Shown: positions 37,165 through 49,765 of the stretch, piece after piece
Position numbering within the stretch: the first letter of the stretch is position 1
Layout of the letters: each line of letters opens with the position of its first letter
NCBI RefSeq assembly: GCF_004010195.1
Contig: NC_057720.1
Span: forward strand, 4,387,800-4,451,799
Reading direction: 5' to 3'
DNA: 64,000 nucleotides
Source of the DNA: Chiloscyllium plagiosum
Taxonomy: Eukaryota
Made by a program: the position numbers and the translations under genes
The notes under the pieces: model-generated
What the model saw: the letters and a program-made list of their open reading frames with translations, nothing else
Told to the model about the DNA's origin: nothing
The model's database searches: none

Positions 37165-37845
37165 TTTAGAATACTGCATTCAATTCTGGTGTCCCTGCTC
37201 TGGGAAGGATGTTGCGAAACTTGAAAGGGTGCAGAAATCTTTTCCAAGGATATTGGAGGGGTTGAGCTGTAGGGAGAGGCTGAATAGGCTGGGGGTGTTT
37301 TCCCTGGAATGTTGGAGGCTGAGGGGTGACCTCATAAAGGTTTAAAAAATCATGAAGGGCATGGAAAGGGTGCATAGCCAAGATCTTTTTCCCAGGGTAG
37401 GGGAGTCCAAGACTAGAAAGCATAGGTTTAAGGTAAGAGCGGAAAGATTTAAAAGGGACCTAAAGATCAACTTTTTCCAGCAGAGGGTGATGTGTGTATG
37501 GAATGAGTTGCTAGAGGGAGTGGTGGAGGCTAGTACAATTACAACATTTAAAAGGCTTCTGGATGGTTAAATAAATATGAAGCATTTAGAGGGATATGGG
37601 CCCAATTCTGGCAAATGGCTCTAGGTTAATCCACAAAATCTGGTTGGCATGGACAAGTTGGACCGAAGGGTCTGTTTTCTGGTGGAGTCAAAGACAGTCA
37701 GAGTCCTACAGCACAGGGACAGGCTCTTTGGCCTAAATGGTCCATGCCAATCAAAATGTCCATCCATGCTAACCCCATTTCCCTGCACTTGGCCCATATC
37801 CTTCTAATCCTTTCCTATCCACGTATTTGTCGCAATACCTTTTAA
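37165..37845 (+). mobile_element. CR1 3' fragment (+) abutting a short minus-strand CR1 tail
   Basis: DLFPRVGESKTRKHRFKV. Confidence 0.78.
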
Positions 37846-37877
37846 ATGACTCTAATGAGCTTTGCCTTTGTGTGCAG

Positions 37878-38028
37878 ATTGTACTCGATCACATGATGAG
37901 TAAGACATGTGGGATTTGTGGACTCAATAATGGTGAGGAAAAGCTGTTGATGCCAAATCAAGAGGAGGCCAGAGATGTTGAGCACCTTTTTGAATCATGG
38001 ACATTTCCAGGGCAAACCTGCAAAGATG
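37878..38028 (+). CDS. vtg: Vitellogenin exon (vWD end, CGICG motif)
   Basis: tgtgtgcag|...G|gtaaga. Encodes IVLDHMMSKTCGICGLNNGEEKLLMPNQ...FESWTFPGQTCKD. Confidence 0.93.
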
Positions 38029-38175
38029 GTAAGAGAATCTCAACTCTTTTTAAATCATGTTAATTTCATCTGTCCCTACAACCCTCGAAGATGATTGCCC
38101 TCCTCCCATTCTTGACAGCATCCCCAATTTCCAAAATGCCACCATTAGCAGTTAGCCAGGATGGGGGCTCCAGGG

Positions 38176-38525
38176 AGGCATGGTGGCTGTGGTTAGCACC
38201 ACAACCTCACAGCACCACGGACTCGGGTTCAGTTCTATCTTAGGACAACTTCTATGTGGAGTTTGAATATTCTCTCCATATCTGTGTGTGTTTCCTCTGG
38301 GTGCTCTGGTTTCCTCCTACAGTCCAAAAATGTGCAGGTTAGGTGAAATGGCCATGCTAAATTGCCCATAATATCCAGGGATGTGCAGGATAATTTGATT
38401 AGCCATGGAAAATGCAGACATAGGGTTGGGGGTGGTCTGGGTGGGATGGTCTTTGGAGAGGTTGGTGTGGACTTGATTGGCCGAATGGCTTGCTTCCACA
38501 CTGTAGGGATTCTATGTTTCTATTC
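38176..38525 (+). mobile_element. HE1-type V-SINE
   Basis: tRNA head, V-domain, gattctatg tail. Confidence 0.8.
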
Positions 38526-38824
38526 TATGATTCAACTGCCTGAGGCCTAAGTTCTGGAATTCCCTCCTGACCTTTCTTTATCCTACCTCACTCTTTTAAG
38601 ACACTCTCAAATGCCTTTACGATCGAGCTTTTACTCATCTGCTGTGACATTTCCTTAAGTGACTCCAAGTTAGATTTAGGATTTACTGCTTTTGCAAAGC
38701 ATCTTACAATGTTTAGTGTGTTAAAAAGAAATTCATAAACACAGGTTTGGTCCATTTTGTTTCAAAGCCATCAAACTGTCTTCTTGTTCTCTACAACAAT
38801 AAATTACAGCTTATTGAATTTCAG

Positions 38825-38986
38825 ATTGTAAAGTTCGCCGAACATTTGTGGAACTAGGAAAACTTGTCAAGTTTGAAGGGCAGGAATCCAAATGCTACTC
38901 AGTCGAACCTGTTCAACGTTGCCTGGAAGGATGTTCACCAATTGAAACACACTCTCGCATTGCCAATTTCCACTGTGTATCAGCCA
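38825..38986 (+). CDS. vtg: Vitellogenin exon (Cys-rich C-terminal peptide)
   Basis: atttcag|...A|gtaagt. Encodes DCKVRRTFVELGKLVKFEGQESKCYSVEPVQRCLEGCSPIET...FHCVSA; 'SKCYSVEPV.RC..GC.P' is characteristic of vertebrate Vtg. Confidence 0.95.
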
Positions 38987-39319
38987 GTAAGTCTGTAGTA
39001 CTTATATAAGATACATATATATTTAACCAACAAAAAAAAGCAAGAAAACACAATTCATCATGTCAGGAACTCAAAATGAAATATTAGTTAATTCTATTTA
39101 TTATTGTATAAATGGGTGGAAGTAATTGATCCCAATGGATGTAAGGTATGTGTGGAGGTCCTAGTAGTGTCATGTTGCGTTAGACATGGACAGTTTGGGA
39201 AATCTGGGTGACATGTGGAAGACGGCCCAGCTGTAGAAGAGCACACGTAGAGAAAAGAGCAGACAATGGGGAATAATCACACTGATCTGCTTCAGAAGCA
39301 ATAGCAAGGATGTAAACTT

Positions 39320-39555
39320 TGAAACAAAAACAGAAATTGTTGGCAAAACACAGCAGGACTAGCAGCATCAGTGGAAGAAGAAAGCAGAGAAATAGTTTCA
39401 AGTCGAGATAACCTTTCTCAGTTCTTCTTCTTCCCCTGTTCTGAAGAAGGGTCACTTGACTCGAAATGTTAACTCTGCCTTCTCCCTCCACAAATGCTGC
39501 CAGGCCCGTTGAGTTTCTGCAGCAGTTTACACTTTCGTTTCAGATCTCTACCTCT
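39320..39555. mobile_element. Older palindromic Penelope-derived element (third family) with hammerhead core at 39438-39473
   Basis: GUU-CUGAAGA-A-GGGUC-ACUU-GACUC-GAAA-UG-UU-AAC. Related copy at ~18905-19120. Confidence 0.62.
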
Positions 39556-40229
39556 TCTTGCCTTTCCAGAGCTCTATGCAGTTCTTTGGTTTATTTTAAA
39601 GTCATGGACTGGTTACAGGATAGAAGGAGGCCATTGTACCCAGCATGCCTGGTTATCACCAAGAGCAACCGAACTAACCCCACATGAACCCTTTTCCCGT
39701 GTAACACTCAAAAAAAGTTCTTAGTTTAGCCCCAAGCCAGTTAGAGGATAATACCACCCCCTTGGATATTTTAAAATGAGTCAAGCTCATGGATTGGGTT
39801 GTACTGTTACCGTAGAGTGGGATGGACTTTAATCATAGCTTGAACTTAGACTCCTTCATTAGACAATACTTCCATTAATGTTATTTCCATTACCATTGCA
39901 ATCCGGTAATCAGTCTGACAGGTTTTGCAGGGTCAAAACTCATTTTAAAAGTCATTATTTTCTAAAGAAAAATATTGATACAAAAGCTGAGATGCAAGGA
40001 CAAATCTGCAGGATGAAGAGCAAACAGAGCTGGGCAGGTTCAGATTTGGCAGCTCTTTCAAAGAATCAGAATAGACACGATGAGTTAAATAAACTCTCTC
40101 AGTATAAAGGGAAACAATAAGAAACCAAGAGAGCTAGAGATCTCTGATATATTACAAATTACCTCACACATGGAAGCAGGTATTCCTTCTAATCTAGTCT
40201 TACTCAAACACGTCTGAATTTATTAACAG

Positions 40230-40339
40230 ATCGCTCTGTGAATGCAGCTGCTATGTTAAATTTCCGGAAGAAATCTGTGCACGTGAGTCACTCTGTGGAT
40301 TCCCATACTGACTGCGTGTGTGGCTGTGCTGAAGTCTAA
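40230..40339 (+). CDS. vtg: Vitellogenin terminal coding exon
   Basis: tattaacag|. Encodes NRSVNAAAMLNFRKKSVHVSHSVDSHTDCVCGCAEV*, with the Vtg terminal 'KS.D....v.aH..C.C' pattern; TAA at 40337-40339. Confidence 0.92.
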
Positions 40340-40489
40340 CCCCATTCACTATTGTTACCAAAACCTCGACTATAACAGTTATAAGTGTGAGACTCTTTGC
40401 TATATCAATTCTTTTCAAAAAATATGAGCTCCAATATTAACTCTTCTTGAAAGCTGTACAATTCATTATTCCTGACCATCAATTATTCT

Positions 40490-40495
40490 AATAAA
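40490..40495 (+). terminator. Polyadenylation signal AATAAA of vtg
   Basis: AATAAA about 150 nt after the stop, followed by GT/T-rich sequence. Confidence 0.75.
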
Positions 40496-41409
40496 CTTTT
40501 AATTGTTGAGAGCTGTTGATTATTTACTTGCATGTTTTATTGTTTACTCTTGGGGAAATGGTGGCATTGTGGAAATGTTAATGGCCTAGTACTCCAAAAT
40601 CCCAGGTTAAAGTTCCGAGAACATAGGTTTGAATCTCATCATAGCAGATGTGGAAATTTGAATCCAATATTAAAAAAATCTGGAATTAAAAGTCAGATAG
40701 TCTAAAGTGACTATGTAACCACTGTCAAATGTTATAAATACCTATCGCGTCTACCAATGTCCTATCAGGAAGGAAATCTTCCATCCTTACCTGGTCCAAT
40801 GGAAGGGGGTGGAAGAGAATATAACTGGCATGGAAGGGGACCTTGATTATGTTGGTTGCTTTCCCCAGGCAACAGATGGAGTCAATGGATGAAAGGCTGG
40901 TTTGCATGATGACCTGGCTGGACTCGTGACTCTCTGCAGTTTTTCATGATGTTGGGAAGAGCAGTTGCCATACCAAGCTGCATCCAGGCAGGATACTTTC
41001 TGTGGTGCATCTATTTCTACTCCCATGCTTCCTTACAGTTTCCTGCACCAGAGATTGTGTTCTCATCAAGAATGTGTAGGTTATCTCAACTCCACAAGCT
41101 TACCCTTGAAGAGCCTTGTCTTCAGCAGGCTGAAATCTCCACTACTACTTCATTTTGTGAGGATAAAGGGAAGAGATATTCATCTTCTGTGCCTTCTTTA
41201 TTTTCTTCTTTCTAGAGAAGGCTAGGCTATTAGCCACTCCTGCTTGGAAAGATGGGCTTGACAATTCCCGTGAGGAATTGTATAACTGTATCTCCTACTG
41301 CTGGAACAAATGATGAGTGAAGTAGTGGCTTTTCTGTGAATGATTCAAGTGATCAAAGATAAGAATTAACAAGGAATGATGATTTCCTTGATAAAATTGT
41401 AGGGGTACA

Positions 41410-41920
41410 AGGAGGCAATAGCCTAGTGTTATTATCTCTAGATTATTAATCCAGAAACTCAGCTAATGTTCTGGGGGTGTAGATTTGAATCGGGCTCTGA
41501 CAGGCTGATGCTGAATTCGGAAAACCTCTGGAATTGGGAGTCTAATGATGAAGGCTGGAAATGTGTTGCTGGAAAAGCACAGCAGGTCAGGCAGCATCCA
41601 GGGAACAGGAGAATTGACGTTTCGGGCATAAGCCCTTCTTCCCATTTCCAGCTCTGATCTCCAGCATCTGCAGACCTCACTTTCTCCTCCAGTCTAATGA
41701 TGAACCATTGTCAATTATCAGGAAAAACCCATTGGTTCACTAATGTCCTTTAGGGAAGGAAACCATCATCATTACCTGGTCTGGCCTACATGTGATTCCA
41801 GATCCAAAACAATGTGGGTGAATCTTAGCTACCCTCTGAAATGGCACAGCTGTGACACTCAATTCAAGGGCAATTGGAAATGGACAACATGTTAACCTTG
41901 CTCCAACGCCCATATAAAAT
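41410..41920 (+). mobile_element. tRNA-derived SINE (SacSINE1-like) interrupted by a Penelope-derived insert (41553-41690)
   Basis: 14-bp TSD agtctaatgatgaa (41539-41552 / 41691-41704); SINE body matches 59540-59858. Confidence 0.65.
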
Positions 41921-42589
41921 GAGAGAGTGACAAGAAAACCTGCCCACTTTTGTTTTATTAATTAAAATTCACAGTTGACAGCAATTGATGAGGGGAAATA
42001 AACTGGCTCTCTTCACATTTGAGATGCTTTTCTTACTGAAAAACAGAAACACAACTTCACCCTTTCCAAAGACCCTTCCCACCCTGGTTATAATCTCTTC
42101 CAACCTCTCCCAGCAGGCAGAAGATACAAAACCTAAACCCCCCCTGTACCAACAGGTTCAAGAACAGCTTCTTCCCCACTGTTATTAACTTCTCAAATTT
42201 CAAACCTAATGTTGATTTTGCTTTTTGTAATGATTTGGAGGTGCTGGTGTTGGACTGGCATGGGCGAAGTTAAAAATCACACAACATCAGGTTATAGCCC
42301 TAGAGGTTTATTTGGAAGTACAAGCTTTCAAGGCACTAGCTCTTCATTAGATGGTGTGGAGCAGGACCATATACCACAGAATTTATAGCAAAAGGGTTAC
42401 AGTGTCATGGAATTGTAATGATATATTAAACAACTTAGATTAAGTCCTGCATCTTTTAGGATGGGATATGCTGGTTTAGGCTCTTTAATATGTAAATTCA
42501 AGAACTCCTTTTAAGGTGGTTTCAGTTTATCTAACAACAAGTGTTATCTTAGTTCGAACAATGTGTTAAAGATGTGAACGTAAAGTCTG

Positions 42590-45330
42590 TCAACCTCTGT
42601 GTGAAAACCTTTCCACGCATATCTCCCTTAAACTTTTCCCCTCTCATTTTGAACTCGTGACCCCTAGTAATTGAATCTCCTACCTGGAAAAAGCTTCTTG
42701 CTATTCACCCTGTCTATACCTCTCAGGATTTTGTAGACCTCGGTAAGGTTCCCCCCTCAATCTCCATCTTTCTAATGAAAATAATCCTAATCTACTCAAC
42801 CTCTCTTCATAGCTAGCATCCGCCATACTAGGCAACATCCTGGTGAACCTTCTCTGCACCCTCTCAAAAGTATCCTCATCCCTTTGGTAATGTGGCGACC
42901 AGAACTGTACACAGTGTTCCAGATGTGGCCGAACCAAAGTCTTATACAACTGTAACATGACCTGCCAACTCTTGTACTCAACACCCCATCTGATGAAGGA
43001 AAGCATGCCGTATGCCTTCTTGACCACTCTATCGACCAATGTTGTCACCTTCAGGGAACAATGGACCTGAACACCCAGATCTCTCTCCAACTTTCCCCAG
43101 GGCTTTTCCATTTACCATATAGTTCGCTCTTGAATTGGATCTTCCAAGATGCATCACCTTGCATTTGCTGGGATTGAACTCCATCTGCCAATTCTCTGCC
43201 TGACTCTCCAATCTGTCTATATTCTGTTGTATTATCTGACAGTCCCATTCACTATCTGCTACTCCACCAATCTTAGTGTCATCTGCAAACTTGCTAATCA
43301 GCCCACCTACACCTTCCTCCAGATCATTTATGTATATCACAAACAATAGTGGTCCCAACACGGATCCCTGTGGAATACCACTGGTCACTGTTCTGCATTT
43401 TGACAAACTCCCTTCCACTACTACTCTCTGTCTCCTGCTGCTCAGCCAGTTCTCATTCCATTGAGTTAGTACACCCATGCAACTTCACTTTCTCCATCAG
43501 CCTACCATGGGAACCTTCTCAAACGTCTTGCTGAAGTCCATGTATATGACATCTATAAGGTAAAAACAATGACTGCAGATGCTGGAAACCAGATTCTGGA
43601 AGAGCACAGCAGTTCAGGCAGCATCCAAGGAGCTTCGAAATTGACGTTTCGGGCAAAAGTCCTTCATCAGGAAGCTATAGCCCTTCCCTCATCAACTTCA
43701 TCACTTTGTTGACAAATTCTATTAAGTTGGTAAAACATGCCCTTCCCTGCACAAAACCATGCTGCCTATCACTGATAAGCCCATTTTTCTTCCAAATGGG
43801 AACAGATCCTATCCCTCAGTATCTTTTCCAGCAGCTTTCCTACCACTGATGTCAGGCTCAACGATCTATAATTATCTGGATTATCCCTGCTACCCTTCTT
43901 AAACAAAGGGACAACATTAGCAATTCTCCAGTCCATGCATATCTTTCCTCCTTTGTCCTTGAGTGGGCCATAGGTCTGTGCAGCATCAAGGGCAGAAGGG
44001 CCTGTACTGCCATGTAATGTTCTATGTTCTATGTTAACCCTTTCTCTAGATATCCTCTTGCTCCTTATATGCAAATAAAAGCCTTTGGGATTTTCCTTAA
44101 CCCTATTTGCTAAAGATATTTGATGACACCTTTTAGCCCTCCTAACTATAACATAGAACATAGAACATTACAGTGCAATACAGGCCCTTCAGCCCTCAAT
44201 GTTGCACTGACCTGTGAAACCAATCTGAAGCGCCTCTATCCTACACTATTCCATTTTCATCCATATATCTATCCAATGACCATTTAAATTCCCTTAAATC
44301 TGGTGAGTCTACTACTGTTGCAGGCAGGGCATTCTATGCCCCTATTACTCTCTGACTAAAGAAACTACCCCTGACATCTGTCCTATATCTATCATCTCTC
44401 AATTTAAAGCTATGTCCTCTCGTGCTAGTCAACACCATCCAAGGAAAACGGCTCTCACTGTCCATTATATCTCATCCCCTGATTATCTTGTATGTCTCAA
44501 TTAAGTCACCTCTCAACCTTCTTCTCTCTCACAAAAACAGCCTCAAGTCCCTCAGCCTTTCCTCCTAAGACCTTCCCTCCATAACAGGCAACATCCTAGT
44601 AAACCACCTCTGAACCCTTTCCAAAGCTTCCACATCCTTCCTATAATGCGGTGACCAGAACTGTACGCAATACTCCAAATGTGGTTGCAATAGAGTTTTG
44701 TACAGCTGCAACATGATCTCATGGTTCTGAAACTCAGTCTCTCTTTCAATAAAAGCTATCACACCGTATGCCTTCTGAACAACACTATCAACCTGGGTGG
44801 CAACTTTCAGGGATCTATTTACATGGACACCGAGATCTCTCTGCTCATCTATACTACCAATAATTTTACCATTAGCCCAATACTTTGTATTCCTGTTGCA
44901 CCTTCCAAACTGAATCACCTCACACTTGTCCACATTAAACTCCATTTGCCACCCCTCAGCCTAGCTCTGCAGCTTATCTATGTCCCTCTGTTTCTTGTTC
45001 CTTGTAATTCCTTGTTTCAGATTAGTCCTACTTTCCCAATATTGTTCCAAAGCTTCATCTATTTTCAGTCATCTAGACCTTATGTATGCTTCCTTTTTTT
45101 CTTAGCTAGTCTCACAATTTCACCGTGGTTCTCTAATCTTGCCATTTATATCCCCCATTTTTACAGGGACACATTTGTCATGCACTCTAATCAACCTTTC
45201 TTTAAAAGCCTCCCATATATAAAATGTGGATTTACCTTAAAACAGCTGCTTCCAATCCACATTCCCCAGCTCCTGCTATAGTTGGCCTTCCCCCAGTTTA
45301 GCACTCTTCCTTTAGGACCACTCTCATCTT
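42590..45330 (-). mobile_element. CR1 ORF2 remnant with nested CR1 copies (44149-44988; ~43960-44035)
   Basis: [33 protein letters not shown]; nested tail (catagaa)n at ~44150. Confidence 0.87.
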
Positions 45331-45519
45331 TGAATAGGTCAAGTGCAGGTGGAGGGGTCCAGATAGAGGGAGAGACTTGGAGCTGGGTGAAGAGGTCTGT
45401 GGGATGGGGAGAGAACTCTTGTATAAAGACATAGACACAGAGGTAAAGGTGACAGAAAAAGAGTTCAATGTCATGTTGTGCCCAAAATTCATAGCCAAAG
45501 CTGCCTACCTAGCTGGGAG

Positions 45520-45948
45520 GAGAAAGTGAGGANNNNNNNNNNNNNNNNNNNNNNNNNNNNNNNNNNNNNNNNNNNNNNNNNNNNNNNNNNNNNNNNNNNN
45601 NNNNNNNNNNNNNNNNNNNNNNNNNNNNNNNNNNNNNNNNNNNNNNNNNNNNNNNNNNNNNNNNNNNNNNNNNNNNNNNNNNNNNNNNNNNNNNNNNNNN
45701 NNNNNNNNNNNNNNNNNNNNNNNNNNNNNNNNNNNNNNNNNNNNNNNNNNNNNNNNNNNNNNNNNNNNNNNNNNNNNNNNNNNNNNNNNNNNNNNNNNNN
45801 NNNNNNNNNNNNNNNNNNNNNNNNNNNNNNNNNNNNNNNNNNNNNNNNNNNNNNNNNNNNNNNNNNNNNNNNNNNNNNNNNNNNNNNNNNNNNNNGCCCG
45901 AAACGTCGATTCTCCTGTTCCTTGGATGCTGCCTGACCTGCTGCACCT
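45520..45948. mobile_element. Short Penelope-derived element spanning an assembly gap (N 45533-45895)
   Basis: 14-bp TSD tacctagctgggag (45506-45519 / 45949-45962); family termini on both sides of the gap. Confidence 0.72.
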
Positions 45949-46239
45949 TACCTAGCTGGGAGCCAATCACATCGTTATTGGCAGGCGGAGGCTTTTGTCA
46001 CCATTTCACAGACCAATCAGCTACTCATTCCCTTTTGTACACATCGCCTGGCTGCATCTCCCCGGCTCCACCTTATCTATAACTTGGCTTTCTCCAGTGC
46101 TTGAACCAACCACTGTGTAAACAACTCGTACATAGAGTGTCAGCCAACTTGCTTTAAAAAGAAGTGCAGTATTTATCCCTTCCACAATCCTTGGATTTAA
46201 ACCAGTCCTTTTCCCATTTGAGGCCACAGTCAAAAACAC

Positions 46240-47335
46240 AGAACAAATAACTTTGTGGATGACATGAAAATTAGTGGCATGGTAAATGATGAGGAAATCC
46301 TTACACTGTGGGACAGTACAGGCAAGCTGGTCAGATGGGCTGAATGGTGGCAAAATTAATTTAATCATTAAAAGTGTGATGAAATACATTTTGGGAGGAC
46401 TAAAAAGGCAAGGAGGAACACGTTGAATGGTAGGACTGTAAAAACTACAGGTGATCAGATCCATAGGGCCTTAGAGGTACTAGGCTAGGTAGATAACGTG
46501 GTTAAGAGATATATGGAATACTGTGTCAAAATATGTGGTGCTGGAAAAGCACAGCCGGTCAGGCAGCATCCCAGGAGCAGAAGAGTTCTATCTCAGTGAG
46601 TCTGTCTCTTACTGCATACCACCCCACCCCCCCAACAAGGTTGTCTCCTCTGCTCTGAAGCTGTTCAGCCACATCCAGAAGCAAACCCACTACTACAGCC
46701 ACATCTCCTTCCTGCTCCTTGGTTACTTCCTGACCAGCTGTGCTCTTCCAGCACCTGATCTCCTTTTGACGTTGGCTCTGATCTCCAGCATCTGCAGTCC
46801 TCACTTTCTCCTCGACGAGATACTGATCTTTATTATTCAAGCCCGAGAATACAAGAGCTAAAGAGGTTATGGTGAAGTTATGTATAACATTAGTCAGCTC
46901 ACAAATGGAGTACTGTGTGCAGTTTTAGTCACCGCTTTATAGGAAGGATGTGATTGCACTGGAGAGGGTGCAAAGGAGATTCAACAGGATGTTGACTGGG
47001 CTGGAGTGATTCAGTGATGAAGAGAGGCTGGATAGATGTGGGTTGTTTTCTCGAGGGCAGAGAAGACTGAGAGGGTATTCATTTGAGGTGTATAAAGTTC
47101 TTAGGGTAGAGATACGGTAGGTAGGGAGAAACTTTTCCCCAAGTGTTAAGCTAAAGAGCAGGTGGATTAGGGGAGCTTTGAGTCAAGAACATTTCATCCG
47201 GAGAGTTGTGAGTATCTGAAACTCCCGGTATGAAAGGGTGGCACTGACAGGAACCATCAGGACATATAAAAACTATACAGATGGGCATCTGAAATGCCAC
47301 AGCACATAAGGCAATGGGCCAAGTGCTAGAAAATG
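46240..47335 (+). mobile_element. Old CR1 3' fragment with a Penelope-derived insert (~46524-46818)
   Basis: Degenerate EYCVQF.SPLYRKDV region. Confidence 0.65.
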
Positions 47336-48452
47336 GATTGTGAGTTGATGGAACTTTTTTTCTTTTTTTTTTCTTTTTTCTTTTTTTTGGTGCTTATATT
47401 TTCCCCAGCACCCACGTTGTGTGTGTGTGTAGGTGTGAGACAAGGTGAAAGACAACAGGTGTACAATTTTTATTCAATTTCCACCACCAGGAAGAAAGGA
47501 AACACCCAAATGGTCAGTGACAAGCAGTGTCCTTCTCATCAATGGGCAATGCTATGTGATCAGAAAAGTGAAGGGGTGGACAGGAATTAAATCAAACTAG
47601 AGTTGATGGAATTTTACTGATCAAAATGGACATAATGGTCTCCATGCTGTAAAAACTCTAAAACTAAATATATTCTTCACATGCCCCACCATGAAAATAA
47701 GTTGAAACATCACTTCAAAAATGCACTTCATGATACACAAATAACAAAACACAAATCATTCTTCCTCTGCCCATAAACAACCCTCAAACAATCTCAGCAT
47801 TTCTTAAATCTCTGTTTCATTCCAACATTTTACACTCGTGGCAATGAATCAGTGATTTTATTCTCTTTTCTTCCATTTGATGGAGTAATGAGTTAGATAC
47901 ACAAGGAAAGCCCAAGTGAGGTCCTGGATCACAGTGAGCCAAGGGCGAGGACGGACAATACTTCACCCCGCCCTGGGTCTCCCAGTGAGGGTGGGGCAGG
48001 TCCCATGATGACTCCCCACAGACTGAGCTGAAGCTCCAGGTTCACAACTAGGCCCAAGGGGTCTGAAGGAGCGGCAGAGATAGCGGATGGGAGACAGTGA
48101 CTCGGCCATGGACAGCCTGGCCAACTGCTTTGTGCTAGGGAATCATGGTGCAGAGTTTAGCCCCAGGCCCATGGCCAGCTCTGACGTAGGCACAACAGCT
48201 TCATGGTTGGGGTGGGTGGAGGAGCATGCCTCCCACTCGGATTGTGTGGGTGGAGGCATAATCGATACTCAGAGCATGTTCCAGAGAACCCAGAGCCAGA
48301 ACAAGAAGGAAACAGTAAGATGAACTCTATTGCATTCACAACTTGTACTATATTCTGCATTTCAAGATGGCGCCAGAGTGTGGCAACACTAAACAACACT
48401 TATACTATACACATGAGACAATAAATCGAACCAAGATGAACAATCTTTGCAT

Positions 48453-48704
48453 TAAATGGATGCAACAAAAGACTCCATCTGAATATTTATTCCTCCCCCC
48501 TCCCCCCTCAACTCTCCTCTCCCTCCCCAAGAAACTGTGTAGGTTAAGTGGGCTTGGATCGGCGCAACATTGAGGGCCGAACGGCCTGTACTGCGCTGTA
48601 TTCTTCTATGTTCTATGTTCTAAATGGATGCAACAAAAGACTCCATCTGAATATTTATTCCTCCCCCCTCCCCCCTCAACTCTCTTCTCCCACCCCAAGA
48701 AACT
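48453..48704 (+). mobile_element. 84-bp CR1 3' tail (48537-48620) flanked by an 84-bp direct duplication
   Basis: 48453-48536 and 48621-48704 differ at 2 positions. The insert matches the tail at 26242-26325. Confidence 0.88.
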
Positions 48705-48721
48705 CAGCTACAATTCTAATC

Positions 48722-49035
48722 ATCACAGTGGCTCAGTGGTTAGCTTGGCTACCTCACAGCACCAAGGACCAGGGTTTGATTCCAGCCTCAGGCGAATGTG
48801 TGGAATTTGCACATTCTCCCCATGTTTGTGTGGGTTTCCTCCCACAGTTCAAAAATGTGCAGTCTAGGTGGATTGGCCATGCTAAAAAAACTGTCCCGTC
48901 CTATGCAGGTTAGGTTGGTTAGCCATGGTAAAAACCCAAGCAGGGTTATGGAGATTGGAGTGGGTCTGGGTGGTATGCTCTTCACATTCTCGTTGGGCCG
49001 AATGGCCTCTTCTGCACAGTAGGAATTCTATGATC
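48722..49035 (+). mobile_element. HE1-type V-SINE
   Basis: cacagtggctcagtggttagc head, V-domain, tail. Confidence 0.8.
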
Positions 49036-49186
49036 ATGAAAGTCAGAATAGGATTTTGGTAGCTGCCCTGAACATTACCCAACCACATCCACACAAAAAT
49101 ATCCTTGTATGTTCCATGACCATCTTCCTTCACAACCATTTGTCCACAAAGTAGAGGAGCCAATGGCCTAGTAGACTATTAAACCA

Positions 49187-49765
49187 CTGGAAAAGTGCAA
49201 CAAGTCAGGCAACATCTGAGAAGCAGGAGAGTCGATATTTCAGACATAAGCCCTTCATCAGGATTGTGGGGTGGGGAAGGGGTTGAGAGATAAATAGGAG
49301 GGTTGGGTAGGGTGAGGTAGCTGGGAAGGCGATAGGTAGATGCAGATGGTGGGGGGGGGGGGGGTGATTGTGATGGGTTGGAGGGGAGGGTGGAACAGGT
49401 AGATGGAAAGGAAGATGGACAGGAATACATGGGACAATAAATCAAACCAATGTGAACAATCTCTGTCCATCTTCCTTCCCACCTATCCATCCACCCTCTG
49501 CTCCAACCTATCACCATCACCCCCCACCTGCATCTACCAATCACCTTCCCAGCTACCTTCCCCCCAGCCCCACCCCCCCAGCCTCCTATTCATCTCTCAG
49601 CTTCATTCCCCAACCCTCCACCCACCCCCACATTCCTGATGAATGGCTTATGCCTGAAACATCGACTCGCCTGCTCCTCGGATGCTGCCTGACCTGCCGT
49701 GCTTTTCCAGCAACAGACTTTTCGACTCTGACTCTCCAGCATCTGCAATCCTCACTTTCTCCTCT
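49187..49765. mobile_element. Long palindromic Penelope-derived element inside a SINE
   Basis: TSD ttaaacca; ~230-bp imperfect inverted arms (G-rich/C-rich); degenerate hammerhead cores at both ends. A second insert at 49887-50012 has TSD ataatcatgtaa. Confidence 0.72.

Larger units (their letters stand above)
283..40339 (+). other. vtg: Vitellogenin gene, 3' portion (14 coding exons; 5' part lies upstream of the window)
   Basis: Exons 283-502, 8081-8232, 9375-9617, 14346-14399, 18196-18408, 19845-19987, 20074-20203, 20622-20751, 32998-33190, 34349-34440, 36696-36787, 37878-38028, 38825-38986 and 40230-40339 splice by hand into one open frame of 694 aa. Domain order is LvH end, phosvitin-like, LvL, vWD, Cys-rich C-terminus. 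Paralog (VTG1 vs VTG2-type) not assigned. Confidence 0.93.

Noticed and set aside
39450..39462. Estrogen response element-like GGTCA..TGACT
   Set aside because: The spacer is 2 nt instead of 3, and the motif is stem II of a repeat-borne hammerhead.
45478..45970. ORFs spanning N runs (also 12364-12784)
   Set aside because: Artefacts of assembly gaps.
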